Below, piece by piece: positions 27,367-36,936 of a stretch of DNA of 53,732 nucleotides; positions within the stretch are counted from its first letter, which is position 1, and each line of letters begins with the position of its first letter. Position numbers and translations under genes: made by a program. Location: IMG/VR virus record IMGVR_UViG_3300017770_000016, positions 1 to 53,732 of that record. The stretch is one strand, 5' to 3'. The stretch is from a virus. Taxonomy: Duplodnaviria; Caudoviricetes. Below the pieces are notes generated by a model. It did no database searches, was not told the DNA's origin, and was given only the letters and a program-made list of their open reading frames with translations.

Positions 27367-28244
27367 AAGACCTGCTGCGGGATGCTTTGTCTGAGGAAGC
27401 TCGTGCGGCATCTGAACAGATGGCTGACATTGAGTTTGAAGATGAGGTTCAAACTCGCCTTCCTGAAGATCTCCGCTATGGTGGGCTTTATGGCCTTATG
27501 TCTTACCTAGGCATGCAAGGCCAAGGTGATCAAGAGGGATCACAAAGTCGCCGTGCTGTTATCAAGCCCAAAGGCATGCCGAAACCAGGTGAAGATCAAC
27601 GTGCATCAACATTCCTTGGTTCATATTATTTGCCAGAAGCAAACCCTGACAGACTGGCTATGAATGTAGATCGAACAATGGGTCTTGATTTTTACCAAGG
27701 CTCTTACCCCAATCCTGATGAGATCAGGTACTTTCAGTCAACCAGTCCAAGAGCTAGAGAGCTTGGTGTTGGTGGGCTAGATGAAGTGTCAGACACAGTT
27801 GCTCACGAGCTTTTTCACAGAGGTCAAAGCCTGCCGTTCTTGAAAGATATGCTTGAAGAAGTAAATCAGAAGATGGATCTTGCTGACCGTGACTCTGTGA
27901 TGGGCCGCGTTAAGTATGAACGTCTTAAAGATGAACGATCTAGGCTCAGAAATCTTGTGCGCAAAGGACACTATTATTTGGATGCTTTAGACAAAAAGAA
28001 TCCAACTACTAGTGAAGACAAGCAAAGAAGAGATGATCTATTGGATATCTATGGTTACTATCCCATAGGTTTAGACAGGACTCGTCTAGAAGAGCTTGAA
28101 GCTTTGCAAGACGATATCGGTAACTACTTAACGCCTGAAAAACAAAAGGAACTTGGGGTAAAGCTTCCAACCCCTGCGGCGAAACCAAAAGAACCGCCAG
28201 GCTTTGTGGAACGGGCACTAGACTATGCTAAGGACATTTTTTAA
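27345..28244 (+). CDS. Hypothetical protein with an HExxH zincin-like motif
   Basis: DTVAHELFHRG; start codon uncertain. Confidence 0.55.
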   Translation: MGSQVGIEDLLRDALSEEARAASEQMADIEFEDEVQTRLPEDLRYGGLYGLMSYLGMQGQGDQEGSQSRRAVIKPKGMPKPGEDQRASTFLGSYYLPEANPDRLAMNVDRTMGLDFYQGSYPNPDEIRYFQSTSPRARELGVGGLDEVSDTVAHELFHRGQSLPFLKDMLEEVNQKMDLADRDSVMGRVKYERLKDERSRLRNLVRKGHYYLDALDKKNPTTSEDKQRRDDLLDIYGYYPIGLDRTRLEELEALQDDIGNYLTPEKQKELGVKLPTPAAKPKEPPGFVERALDYAKDIF

Positions 28245-28943
28245 TTGCCATACCTACAAAGCAACATCCCGCACTTCAAGTGCTGGGTGAGACGAGAATA
28301 CACACACAATCACGACAAATACCACGGCGAGTTCTTACACGCGATGGTTATCGCTGTGACCACGATGCCCACGAGGTGCTTGAGCTTTCAGGTAATCTTT
28401 ACGGGCTGTGAGAATGATGACGAAGAGGATGAGTCAAATGTGCATGGTGGGGCCATGTGGGCGAGGATGCCGATCACTGCTTTGGTGGCGGACACACCGT
28501 TTGAAGACTGGCCTATCCCTATGGCGGTACATGATGCCCAGCCTTGGGACTGTTCTTCTCACACTCATGCTGTATACGTTCTAGATCGCGCTACGCCATG
28601 CCCCTGGCTTGCCAAGATCGATGGCAACATGTACCCGGCAAAGTATCTGTTTACGGTTGATTATGCGGAGAATGAGATCGCTGATGATCCTGCGCAGCAT
28701 AAGCAATCGCATGTGATGGAGTTACTTGATGCTGGCGAGTGGACTGGGAATATAGTAGCTTTGCCTAACAACAGGGTGCGAGTGACGCATCCTGCGTGGT
28801 TTGAGACTGGCAGTGGGGCACCTGACTTCAAGCCTTCTCAGCACATTCACTACAGTAAGTCGGATTTGGATTACACGTTAGATGTGAATCGTATCTTCGA
28901 TAATCTGTATGCAGATAGTGGCCACGATACTGAGGACGAGTAA
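28245..28943 (+). CDS. Conserved phage hypothetical protein
   Basis: YLQSNIP, GGAMWARMPI, QPWDC, YLFTVDY, QHKQSH and ALPNNR motifs. Confidence 0.75.
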   Translation: MPYLQSNIPHFKCWVRREYTHNHDKYHGEFLHAMVIAVTTMPTRCLSFQVIFTGCENDDEEDESNVHGGAMWARMPITALVADTPFEDWPIPMAVHDAQPWDCSSHTHAVYVLDRATPCPWLAKIDGNMYPAKYLFTVDYAENEIADDPAQHKQSHVMELLDAGEWTGNIVALPNNRVRVTHPAWFETGSGAPDFKPSQHIHYSKSDLDYTLDVNRIFDNLYADSGHDTEDE

Positions 28944-29000
28944 ACTCGAACATAGGCGAGTGATCTTGACCAGATGAGATAAACCCAAGAAGGGCATGCC

Positions 29001-31556
29001 ATGGCCATAGAGCGCGGTGTAGATGACGTTGATGTCGATGAGCTAGGGATCGAGGACAACACCAAAGAGATTGAGGTAGGCGCTGAGTCTCCTGAAGATC
29101 TGATGTTCGATGGCATGGATGATGAAGATGCCGCCCTCATGGACGATGGCACTATGGTGTTTGGCGAAGACGATCTTCGTGAAGACATTCCCCCTCCGTT
29201 CAACTCTAACCTCGCTGAAGTCATTGATAAGTCTGATCTGGGCAGAATCTATTCTGACTTGATGGCCGACATTGATGACGATAAGTCATCGCGCAAAGAG
29301 TGGGTTGATCAGTATACCGAGGGCTTAAAGTTCTTGGGCATGAAGTTTGAAGATCGCACTGAGCCTTTTGAGGGCGCATCTGGTGTGATTCATCCGTTGC
29401 TTGCCGAGTCTGTGACGCAGTTCCAAGCACAAGCATACAAAGAATTATTACCTGCTGGTGGCCCTGTTAAGACCATGGTCATGGGTATGGGCACACCTCA
29501 GACTGACCTACAGGCGGCTCGTGTTCAGGAGTTCATGAACTATCTGATCACTCAGGAGATGAAGGAATACGATCCTGAGACTGACCAGCTGCTGTTCTAT
29601 TTGCCTTTGTCTGGCAGCGCATTTCGTAAGGTTCACTTTGACCAGTCACTAGGCCGTCCCGTTTCTCGTTTCATCCCATCTGAAAAGCTGATTGTGCCTT
29701 ATGGCACCACCAGTCTTGATAATGCGGTGCGTATCACGCATGTGATTGACATGTCGATGAACGAAGTGCGCAAGCTGCAGCAGACGGGCTTTTACCGCAA
29801 GACCAAGATCTCTGGTGAGTCTGACGATACGACATATTCATCTACGGATGTTGAAGAAGAGATCGATGAACTGCAGGGCGTGAAGCCATCTGGTAGCTCT
29901 AGCGATTACGAAGCAGAGCTCATGGAAGTTCACGTTGAGCTTGATATTCCTGGCTTTGAAGATAAGGATGCGCAAGGTGAAGAAACAGGTATCAAGTTAC
30001 CGTACATCGTCACGTTACTCCCTAAGCAAAACACGATTCTTTCGATACGCAGGAACTATGTCGAAACGGACATTATGCGCCGTCGTATTGACTACTTTGT
30101 GCATTACAAGTTTCTGCCAGGTGTTGGTTTTTATGGTTTTGGTCTGACCCATATGATTGGTGGATTGTCTCAGGCATCCACCTCGATCCTGCGCCAGCTG
30201 ATCGACGCTGGCACGCTGGCGAATTTGCCTGCAGGTTTCAAGGCTCGTGGTATTCGTATTCGTGATAGCGATGTGCCACTGCAGCCTGGTGCGTTTAGGG
30301 ATATGGACGCACCCGGCGGATCACTGCGCGATGCGTTGATGCCGCTGCCTTTCCAAGAACCAAGCGGCACGTTGTTGCAGTTACTTGGTATGTTGGTGGA
30401 GGCGGGCCGTCGTTTTGCTTCTGTAGGTGATATGCAGGTCGGTGACGGTAACCAGCAGGCGCCTGTCGGCACCACGATTGCGTTACTTGAGCGCGGCACT
30501 AAGGTGATGAGCGCGATACACAAGCGCATGCACTACAGCCAAAAGGTTGAGTTCAATATTCTTGCACGAGTGATCAAAGAGTCACCGATCAAGGCATATC
30601 CGTATCAGATTGCTAGTGGTCAGCAGCAGTTGTTAGCACAGGACTTCGATGATCGTATCGACATCATTCCTGTATCTGACCCGAATATCTTCTCCATGAG
30701 CCAGCGTGTGATGCTTGCTCAAGAGATGATGCAGATGGTGCAGTCGAACCCTCAGATCCATGGGCCTATGGGTATGTACGAAGCGTATCGACGCATGTAC
30801 GAAGCGATGGGTGTGCAACAGATTGAGCAGTTACTACCACCACCTCCGCAGCCACAGCCTGTGCCGCCTGGGATAGAGAACTCAAACTTCTTGCAGATGC
30901 AGCCTGCACAAGCGTTTGCAGAACAGAGTCACGAGGCGCACATAGATGCACACATTGCGTTACTCAAAACGCCAATTGTTTCTTCTGCTCCTCCAGGTCA
31001 GCAGCAAGTCACGGCTATGATTCAAGCGCATATCTATCAGCACATTGACTTCAAGGCACGCGAGATGGCGCAGCAAGACCCTGAGATCAAGCAGATGGAA
31101 CAACAGATGCAGCAAACTCAACAGCAGATGCAACAACAAGCTCAGATTGATCCGATGGCTGCGCAACAGGCTCAGATGCAGATGCAGCAGATGCAACAAC
31201 AGATGCAGTTGATCATGGAAGACAAGGTCGCTGAGATCACTATGCAGCTAACAGAGCAGTTGGTTCCAGAGCTTGCACCGACACAGCAAGATGATCCTTT
31301 GGTTAATCTGCGTGACCGTGAGCTTGATATCAAAGAAGCAGATCTGCAGCGTAAAGCAAGCGAAGCTGATCGACGCATTGATCTGGAAAGTGAGCGTATT
31401 GATAACGCTGCAGACATGGCTGATGAGCGCATGGACTTGCAGAAAGAGATTGCTGACATGAAGGACGATGTGGCTCGTGAGCGAATAGGCTTGCAACGTT
31501 CTGCACAGATGGCTAAAACTGCAGAAAACATTGCCAAAGATTTTTTCAGGCAGTAA
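29001..31556 (+). CDS. Portal protein (P22-like) with a Gln-rich C-terminal barrel
   Basis: 851 aa; HPLLAESVTQFQA, YLPLSGSAF, RQLIDAGTL and APVGTTIALLE motifs; position after terL. Confidence 0.9.
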   Translation: MAIERGVDDVDVDELGIEDNTKEIEVGAESPEDLMFDGMDDEDAALMDDGTMVFGEDDLREDIPPPFNSNLAEVIDKSDLGRIYSDLMADIDDDKSSRKEWVDQYTEGLKFLGMKFEDRTEPFEGASGVIHPLLAESVTQFQAQAYKELLPAGGPVKTMVMGMGTPQTDLQAARVQEFMNYLITQEMKEYDPETDQLLFYLPLSGSAFRKVHFDQSLGRPVSRFIPSEKLIVPYGTTSLDNAVRITHVIDMSMNEVRKLQQTGFYRKTKISGESDDTTYSSTDVEEEIDELQGVKPSGSSSDYEAELMEVHVELDIPGFEDKDAQGEETGIKLPYIVTLLPKQNTILSIRRNYVETDIMRRRIDYFVHYKFLPGVGFYGFGLTHMIGGLSQASTSILRQLIDAGTLANLPAGFKARGIRIRDSDVPLQPGAFRDMDAPGGSLRDALMPLPFQEPSGTLLQLLGMLVEAGRRFASVGDMQVGDGNQQAPVGTTIALLERGTKVMSAIHKRMHYSQKVEFNILARVIKESPIKAYPYQIASGQQQLLAQDFDDRIDIIPVSDPNIFSMSQRVMLAQEMMQMVQSNPQIHGPMGMYEAYRRMYEAMGVQQIEQLLPPPPQPQPVPPGIENSNFLQMQPAQAFAEQSHEAHIDAHIALLKTPIVSSAPPGQQQVTAMIQAHIYQHIDFKAREMAQQDPEIKQMEQQMQQTQQQMQQQAQIDPMAAQQAQMQMQQMQQQMQLIMEDKVAEITMQLTEQLVPELAPTQQDDPLVNLRDRELDIKEADLQRKASEADRRIDLESERIDNAADMADERMDLQKEIADMKDDVARERIGLQRSAQMAKTAENIAKDFFRQ

Positions 31557-31575
31557 ATCAAAAGAGGGATTTACA

Positions 31576-31788
31576 ATGAGTTCAGTAAGACAGAAGATGG
31601 CCGCAGTTCAAAAGGCCGTCAACAAAGCAGAGGAAAAGCTCCGTCTTGGCGAAGAGCCAACTCCTGCACCTGTTGAAGATAAGGTTGAAGAAGTTGCGCA
31701 GCCAACACCAGAGAAGAAGGCAGCACCTAAAAAGAAGGCTGCTCCAAAGGCCAAAGCCAAATCAACACCAAAAGGTAAGAAGTCATGA
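31576..31788 (+). CDS. Small basic protein with a histone H1-like KKAAPK tail
   Basis: KKAAPKKKAAPKAKAK; GAGGG RBS. Confidence 0.65.
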   Translation: MSSVRQKMAAVQKAVNKAEEKLRLGEEPTPAPVEDKVEEVAQPTPEKKAAPKKKAAPKAKAKSTPKGKKS

Positions 31789-31979
31789 TCAAGCGTCAAA
31801 CGAGTTTTCCCCAGCCAAAGGTCACTGATAGCAAGGTGTCTATCAAAGATCAGGGTACGGTGAACTATGCAAAGAGCGAGTCTGTAGCTACGCCCACTTC
31901 TTCTGCTCCTTACGGCGCAGGTGAGATGCGTGGTGGTGGTGCAGCGATTCGCGGCAAGAAGTTCAGCGGAATCTTCTAA
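31785..31979 (+). CDS. Small protein with an RGGGAAIRG motif
   Basis: 64 aa; coupled by ATGA and TAATG. Confidence 0.7.
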   Translation: MIKRQTSFPQPKVTDSKVSIKDQGTVNYAKSESVATPTSSAPYGAGEMRGGGAAIRGKKFSGIF

Positions 31980-32626
31980 TGAGCTTGATGCCTATTCAAG
32001 GCTATTCGCCCAATCGTCAAGATTACATTGACGATCCTGATACGTTTAATTTTAGAGTGCCTACGCTTAGGCCTACGCGCCCCCCTCGCCCCCTGATGTC
32101 TAGTATGGATAGGGATATCTTTGGTCGCCCCTCTGTGGATAACAGGGGAAAGTTTATGCGTCAGGTCGGCGAGACTCCACGTCTTGGAGGATACTCCGAT
32201 AGGAGGGCTAAGCTTGGAAACGTTACGCCTGTGCCTAGGCCTGAACCGATTCAATTTAACGAGCCTTTTACTCAACAACCTCGTCAACTAGGAGTTTCTG
32301 GTGACAACAATAGCGCAGAAGCTTCTCGCCGAGGACAATTAGGTCAACAACCTCAATTTGGTCAAGTGCAACAACAACCACAGTTCAACCAACAAGGCAT
32401 GCAACAGATGATGCAGTTCATGCAGCAAATGATGCAGATGTTCTCTATGATGAGCGGCCAGGGTGGTCAAGGCGGCTTTGGCGGTGGTTATATGAACCAA
32501 GGGCCATATGGCGGTGGTTTTGGACAAGGTGGATATCAACAGTTTCAACAGCCTCAACAAAGGCCAATGCCTAGATACCCTAGGATGCAGAACAATTATT
32601 CACAAAGTCCTTTTGGTAGGTACTAA
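31979..32626 (+). CDS. Low-complexity Q/G/M/P-rich protein
   Basis: 215 aa; coupled ORF. Confidence 0.6.
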   Translation: MSLMPIQGYSPNRQDYIDDPDTFNFRVPTLRPTRPPRPLMSSMDRDIFGRPSVDNRGKFMRQVGETPRLGGYSDRRAKLGNVTPVPRPEPIQFNEPFTQQPRQLGVSGDNNSAEASRRGQLGQQPQFGQVQQQPQFNQQGMQQMMQFMQQMMQMFSMMSGQGGQGGFGGGYMNQGPYGGGFGQGGYQQFQQPQQRPMPRYPRMQNNYSQSPFGRY

Positions 32627-32628
32627 TT

Positions 32629-34113
32629 ATGCGCGGCGGAAGACGAAACAGATCTAGAAAGACAGTAGCCAAAGAAGAGCCTATTGTTCGTGTTGCGCCT
32701 ACAAGAAGAAGCCGCGCCAAAGTGCGTCGGCCTTCTCCACCTGTTACGCCTAAGATTCCTGAGAGCGTTCAAAAAAGAATTGAAGAGATGATAGCTTCAG
32801 GCCGAATGAAAGCTCCTGCGCCTAAAAAGCCTGCCCCTAAGAAGACTGTCGCTAAGAAAAAACCGGTGCCCCCCAAAGCCACACGGCCTAAGCCAGTTGC
32901 TCGTCGTAAGCCTGCAGTTCAACCTGTGCGCAAAAAACCTACAGCCAAGAAACCTGTTGCCAGAAAAAGACCAGTCACGCGCATAGGTGAATTGGGGCGT
33001 GAATCTTATTCAGGCATGCCTGACATTTCTGAGAGCGTTCAAAAAAGAATTGAAGAGATGATGGCTTCAGGCCGAATGAAAGCACCTACGACTCCGCGCA
33101 AGACTACGCCTCGCAAGACTACGCCTAAGAAAACTGCTGCGCCTAAGGAAACTGCCGCTAAGAAAAAACCTCAGACAACAACAGGTAGTTTTGGTGGAAC
33201 AGGCATTGTGATGTCTGAGTCTGCAAGAAAAGAACAAGAAGCAATTAAAAACAGCCCTTTGTATTCTGAGGTTCAATCAGCTAACCGAGCCTTGAATAAA
33301 TATGTAAAAGAAAAACATGGTAACAGTGAAAACTCTGCACAGTCTGATCCAGTCTATCAAAAGATGGTGAAAGACTTGTTTGCGCTTCAAGATCGCGCTG
33401 CTGGAGCTTTTTCATCACAATCAACTGCACCACAGGCTCCTACGCCACCTGCGACTCAACAACAAACAGGCGGCGGTTCTTTTGAATCAGATTATATTGA
33501 TTGGTTAGAATCTAGGCCTACGGCTCCGCGCAGACCAAAAGGTATGGGCGCTGCAAGCAAAAGTTATCAAGCAAAAAGAAAGAAATACGAGAGCGACAAA
33601 GCTAAATGGGACGCAAGCAAGCCATCAAGGGCAACGTACACTGCACCTGCGCCAGCATCGTCACCTACAGCGCCAACTGCGCCTGTCGTTCAGCCAGATT
33701 ATGTGCCACCTCCTTCTGGAGAAGCACCAGATAAGTTTGCAGGAAGGTATGTGCCGCCAACATCAATCCTTGGTACGCCAGACATGTCGATATCAAGCAA
33801 CATCGTTGGCCAGTCTTTTGATCCAAGCTTTGCAGCAAGCTTTACCCCTCCACCGCAGCCCTCTGGCAGCACCTTTGGTGGATACGGTCAGCAAGCACCT
33901 ATGCAGGCTTTGGCGCCTTATGCAGGAATGGCTCAAGCAAATCCGCAACCGACAGATTTCTTCCCGACTTATATTCCAAGGCCTGAACCTATTTATGAAA
34001 CCGTGCAACGGCCTCAAGTCAATAATCCGCCGCCAACAGCACCTCAACGGCCAGTTATGGGCCGTGGTTTGAGCGACGATGATGTTTTTGAAAGACCGTA
34101 TTCGCTCAGATAA
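32629..34113 (+). CDS. Basic Lys/Arg/Pro-rich, probably disordered protein
   Basis: 494 aa; internal duplication ESVQKRIEEM.ASGRMKAP. Confidence 0.65.
   Translation: MRGGRRNRSRKTVAKEEPIVRVAPTRRSRAKVRRPSPPVTPKIPESVQKRIEEMIASGRMKAPAPKKPAPKKTVAKKKPVPPKATRPKPVARRKPAVQPVRKKPTAKKPVARKRPVTRIGELGRESYSGMPDISESVQKRIEEMMASGRMKAPTTPRKTTPRKTTPKKTAAPKETAAKKKPQTTTGSFGGTGIVMSESARKEQEAIKNSPLYSEVQSANRALNKYVKEKHGNSENSAQSDPVYQKMVKDLFALQDRAAGAFSSQSTAPQAPTPPATQQQTGGGSFESDYIDWLESRPTAPRRPKGMGAASKSYQAKRKKYESDKAKWDASKPSRATYTAPAPASSPTAPTAPVVQPDYVPPPSGEAPDKFAGRYVPPTSILGTPDMSISSNIVGQSFDPSFAASFTPPPQPSGSTFGGYGQQAPMQALAPYAGMAQANPQPTDFFPTYIPRPEPIYETVQRPQVNNPPPTAPQRPVMGRGLSDDDVFERPYSLR
32759..33083 (+). repeat. 55-bp direct repeat (32759-32813 and 33029-33083)
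   Basis: CTGAGAGCGTTCAAAAAAGAATTGAAGAGATGATRGCTTCAGGCCGAATGAAAGC with one mismatch. Confidence 0.9.
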
Positions 34114-34314
34114 ATGGATTCAATATCTCTCGCGGCCTACATTTATAAGAAAATAGATCAGTATGAGGAATCTCATATTGATTACATAACCTCTGGCAAT
34201 ATCAAAGATATGGAGGACTACAAATTTGCGATGGGTGAGTTATCGATGCTTCGCACCCTTCGTGAGGAACTAAAAGAAGCGTTGCATATTGAAGGAGATC
34301 CCCTCGATGAGTGA
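34114..34314 (+). CDS. Conserved small protein upstream of GroES
   Basis: SGNIKDMEDYKFAMG; 66 aa. Confidence 0.7.
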   Translation: MDSISLAAYIYKKIDQYEESHIDYITSGNIKDMEDYKFAMGELSMLRTLREELKEALHIEGDPLDE

Positions 34315-34741
34315 TCTATCACTAGATTCCATCGCAACACCGTCCATTACGGATGCATATGTGAGTGAACGGGTCTTAGACCCATCTGTGCTTGATTCAA
34401 GTTTGATTGAAAGAATGCCTGAACCTTCTGGCTGGAGGCTTCTTGTGCTCCCGTACAAAGGCAAAGGTATGACAGATGGCGGCATACAGCTGCTTGAATC
34501 CACGGTGAGCAAGGAAAATCTTGCTACATCGATTTGTTATGTTCTGAAAGTTGGGCCATTGGCTTATCGTGATCTAGATAAGTTTGGCAACGAGCCTTGG
34601 TGCCAAGAAGGCGACTGGGTTCTCATTGGTCGTTATGCAGGCGCTCGATTCTCTTTGGAGGATGACCACGAGGTTCGCATCATCAACGACGATGAAGTAA
34701 TCGGAACAATTCTTGATCCAGACGATATCAAATCAGCATAG
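34307..34741 (+). CDS. groES: Co-chaperonin GroES (Cpn10)-like protein
   Basis: PSGWRLLV...TDGGI...VLKVGP...GDWVLIGRYAG...RIINDDEVIG. Confidence 0.88.
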   Translation: MSDLSLDSIATPSITDAYVSERVLDPSVLDSSLIERMPEPSGWRLLVLPYKGKGMTDGGIQLLESTVSKENLATSICYVLKVGPLAYRDLDKFGNEPWCQEGDWVLIGRYAGARFSLEDDHEVRIINDDEVIGTILDPDDIKSA

Positions 34742-34751
34742 GTAAAAAACA

Positions 34752-35825
34752 ATGGCCGAAGAAACATTGAGTGAAGCTTTATCAAAGCTTGACGATGACA
34801 ACATAAACAGCGCAGCACTGCCTGAAGGTAAGCGCGTAGAAGAAGAAGTTCAGGACGATGCGACTTACATAGACTTTTCTGAAGAAGAGATGGAAGACAT
34901 CTCGCCTGTTACAGAAGATTCTGTGCAAGAAGACTTTGATGCGCCTGAAGTTCAAGGTGAAGAAGAGCTATCTGAAGCAGAGGTAAGGGCTCGCACGGCT
35001 CAGAATCGCATCAACCAAGCGGTTAAGCAGGCGAAAGACTACCAGCGCAGAGAGTTGCAGGCGCTCCAGTATGCGAAAGAACTGCAGGAGCAGAATGAAC
35101 AACTTTCTTCTCAGCTTCAACAAACGCAAACGTCTACTGCAGAGCAAAATCTCAAGATGCAGGAAACGTACAGCGGTGAGTTTGCCACTCGTGTAGAGAC
35201 TCAAGCTGAAGCAGCCAAGAGAAACTTAAAGACTGCATATGAGTCTGGTGACCCAGAAGCTATGGCAGAAGCTCAGCAGCTGCTTGCAAAAGCTGAAGCT
35301 GATCGCAATGCACTGGCTCAGTATCAACGTGACCTTGAGCAGTACAAAGTTGACTACGCTGCTTGGCTTGAGCAGCAAGAAGCTGATGCTGAGTAACAAG
35401 AGCAACAAGCGGCTCAGCAACAACCTGCATATCAAGAACCCACATATCAAGAGCCATCACCAAAGGCTCAAAACTGGGCTTCTGCTAATGAATGGTTCGG
35501 CACAGACACTGTTATGACGAATGTCGCTTTTGCCATACATAACGACCTCATACAGAGCGGTGTTGACTTAGAGTCTGATGAATACTACGCTCAAATTGAT
35601 TCCCGTATGCGGCAAGAACTGCCACATAAATTTAACGGGCAAACTAACGCGAGAGGCAACACCAACGTCCAAACCGTTGTCTCTGGATCGCGCACGACTG
35701 GAAGTGGACGCAATCAAAACTCTCGTAGAGTTGAACTGAATCCAAGTGAACAAGCATTAGCAAGGAAGCTTGGAGTACCGTTCAAAGAATACGCAAAACA
35801 GAAAATGAGGTTACAAAATTCATGA
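34752..35825 (+). CDS. Putative capsid scaffolding protein, interrupted by one in-frame TAA (35394-35396)
   Basis: Acidic N-terminus and coiled coil; the frame continues after TAA as QEQQAAQQ...PKAQNWASANEWFG into ORF 35514-35825 ending ARKLGVPFKEYAKQK. Confidence 0.7.
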
Positions 35826-36301
35826 GCGAAGAAACAACAGTACCAGGTTCTGATAGAACCCCACGGCGTGCTTCTTCACGGTCTTCAAAGGCCGCAAGAA
35901 AACCATGGACTCCACCTCAAGTATTGGAAACTCCAGAGGCTCCTGAAGGGATGCGGTATCGTTGGGTGCGAACCCACATACGGGGTGAAGCAGATAAGAC
36001 TAACGTGCACATGAGATTTCGTGAGGGGTACGAACCTGTACACCCAAGTGAAGTTTCAGGCTATGACTTGCCGGTTATCGATAATGGTAACCATGCAGGA
36101 ACAGTCGGTGTCGGTGGTTTGATGCTTACCAAAATTCCAGAAGAGACTGTGGAAGAGCGAAATGCTTACTTCGCAAAACAGACCGATCAGCAAATGAATG
36201 CTGTAGATAACGATCTGATGCGCGAAGAACACCCTGCGATGCCAATCTCGAAAGAGAGAAAGACGCAGGTATCTTTTGGGCGAGGCAACAAATCAACGTA
36301 G
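35822..36301 (+). CDS. Conserved head-module protein
   Basis: KPWTPP...APEGMRYRWVR...REGYEPV...VGGLML; lies between scaffold and capsid genes. Confidence 0.75.
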   Translation: MSEETTVPGSDRTPRRASSRSSKAARKPWTPPQVLETPEAPEGMRYRWVRTHIRGEADKTNVHMRFREGYEPVHPSEVSGYDLPVIDNGNHAGTVGVGGLMLTKIPEETVEERNAYFAKQTDQQMNAVDNDLMREEHPAMPISKERKTQVSFGRGNKST

Positions 36302-36340
36302 CCTCATTTTGATTGTGTTTAACTACTAGGAGGTTCAAAA

Positions 36341-36925
36341 ATGGCAAATCAAGATGCCGCTTTTGGAATGCGTCCAGTTCGGATGATAGGGGGTGGCCCC
36401 TTCACTGGCGGACAAAGCCGATATCGAATCGCCGCTAACTACGGAACCGCTATCTTCCAAGGAGATATGGTTATGCAAGTTACTGGTGGTACGGTAGAGG
36501 TTCACGCTGACGGAGGCACTGTGCCTATCGTTGGTGTGTTCAACGGCTGCTCTTTTACTGACCCAACAACGGGTGAGCAGAAGTTCAGCAATTTCTACCC
36601 TGCAAGCACCAATGCTTCGGACATCATCGCTTTCATTATCGATGATCCGAATGTTGTGTATGAAATCCAGGCTGATGACACATTCCCAGTCGCTGATCTT
36701 TTCGGCAACTTCGATATCGTGTACACCAGTGCTGGCAGCACCGTTACAGGTATCTCTGGCGCTGAGCTAGATGTAACTACGGGTGCAACCACAGCTGGCT
36801 TGCCAATTAAGGCGATTGATATTTCTGCTGATCCAGAAAACTCAGATGTCGCCACGGCGAATACCAACGTACTTGTTGTTATTCAGAACTCAATCTACGG
36901 CCAAAAAGGCGCCGGTTTAGCATAG
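36341..36925 (+). CDS. Capsid-associated (decoration/cement-like) protein
   Basis: MANQDAAFGMRP, IFQGD, GVFNGC and DDPNVVYEIQAD motifs; strong AGGAGG RBS. Confidence 0.7.
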   Translation: MANQDAAFGMRPVRMIGGGPFTGGQSRYRIAANYGTAIFQGDMVMQVTGGTVEVHADGGTVPIVGVFNGCSFTDPTTGEQKFSNFYPASTNASDIIAFIIDDPNVVYEIQADDTFPVADLFGNFDIVYTSAGSTVTGISGAELDVTTGATTAGLPIKAIDISADPENSDVATANTNVLVVIQNSIYGQKGAGLA

Positions 36926-36936
36926 GAGGCTAACTA

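Noticed and set aside
32134-32142. Second perfect DnaA box TGTGGATAA
   Set aside because: Isolated inside a CDS with no iterons or IHF sites; compatible with chance
17653-35396. Genome-wide TAA-to-Gln recoding
   Set aside because: Many clear genes (MCP, portal, lysozyme, tail fibre) end in TAA, often with TAATG coupling; no suppressor tRNA was seen
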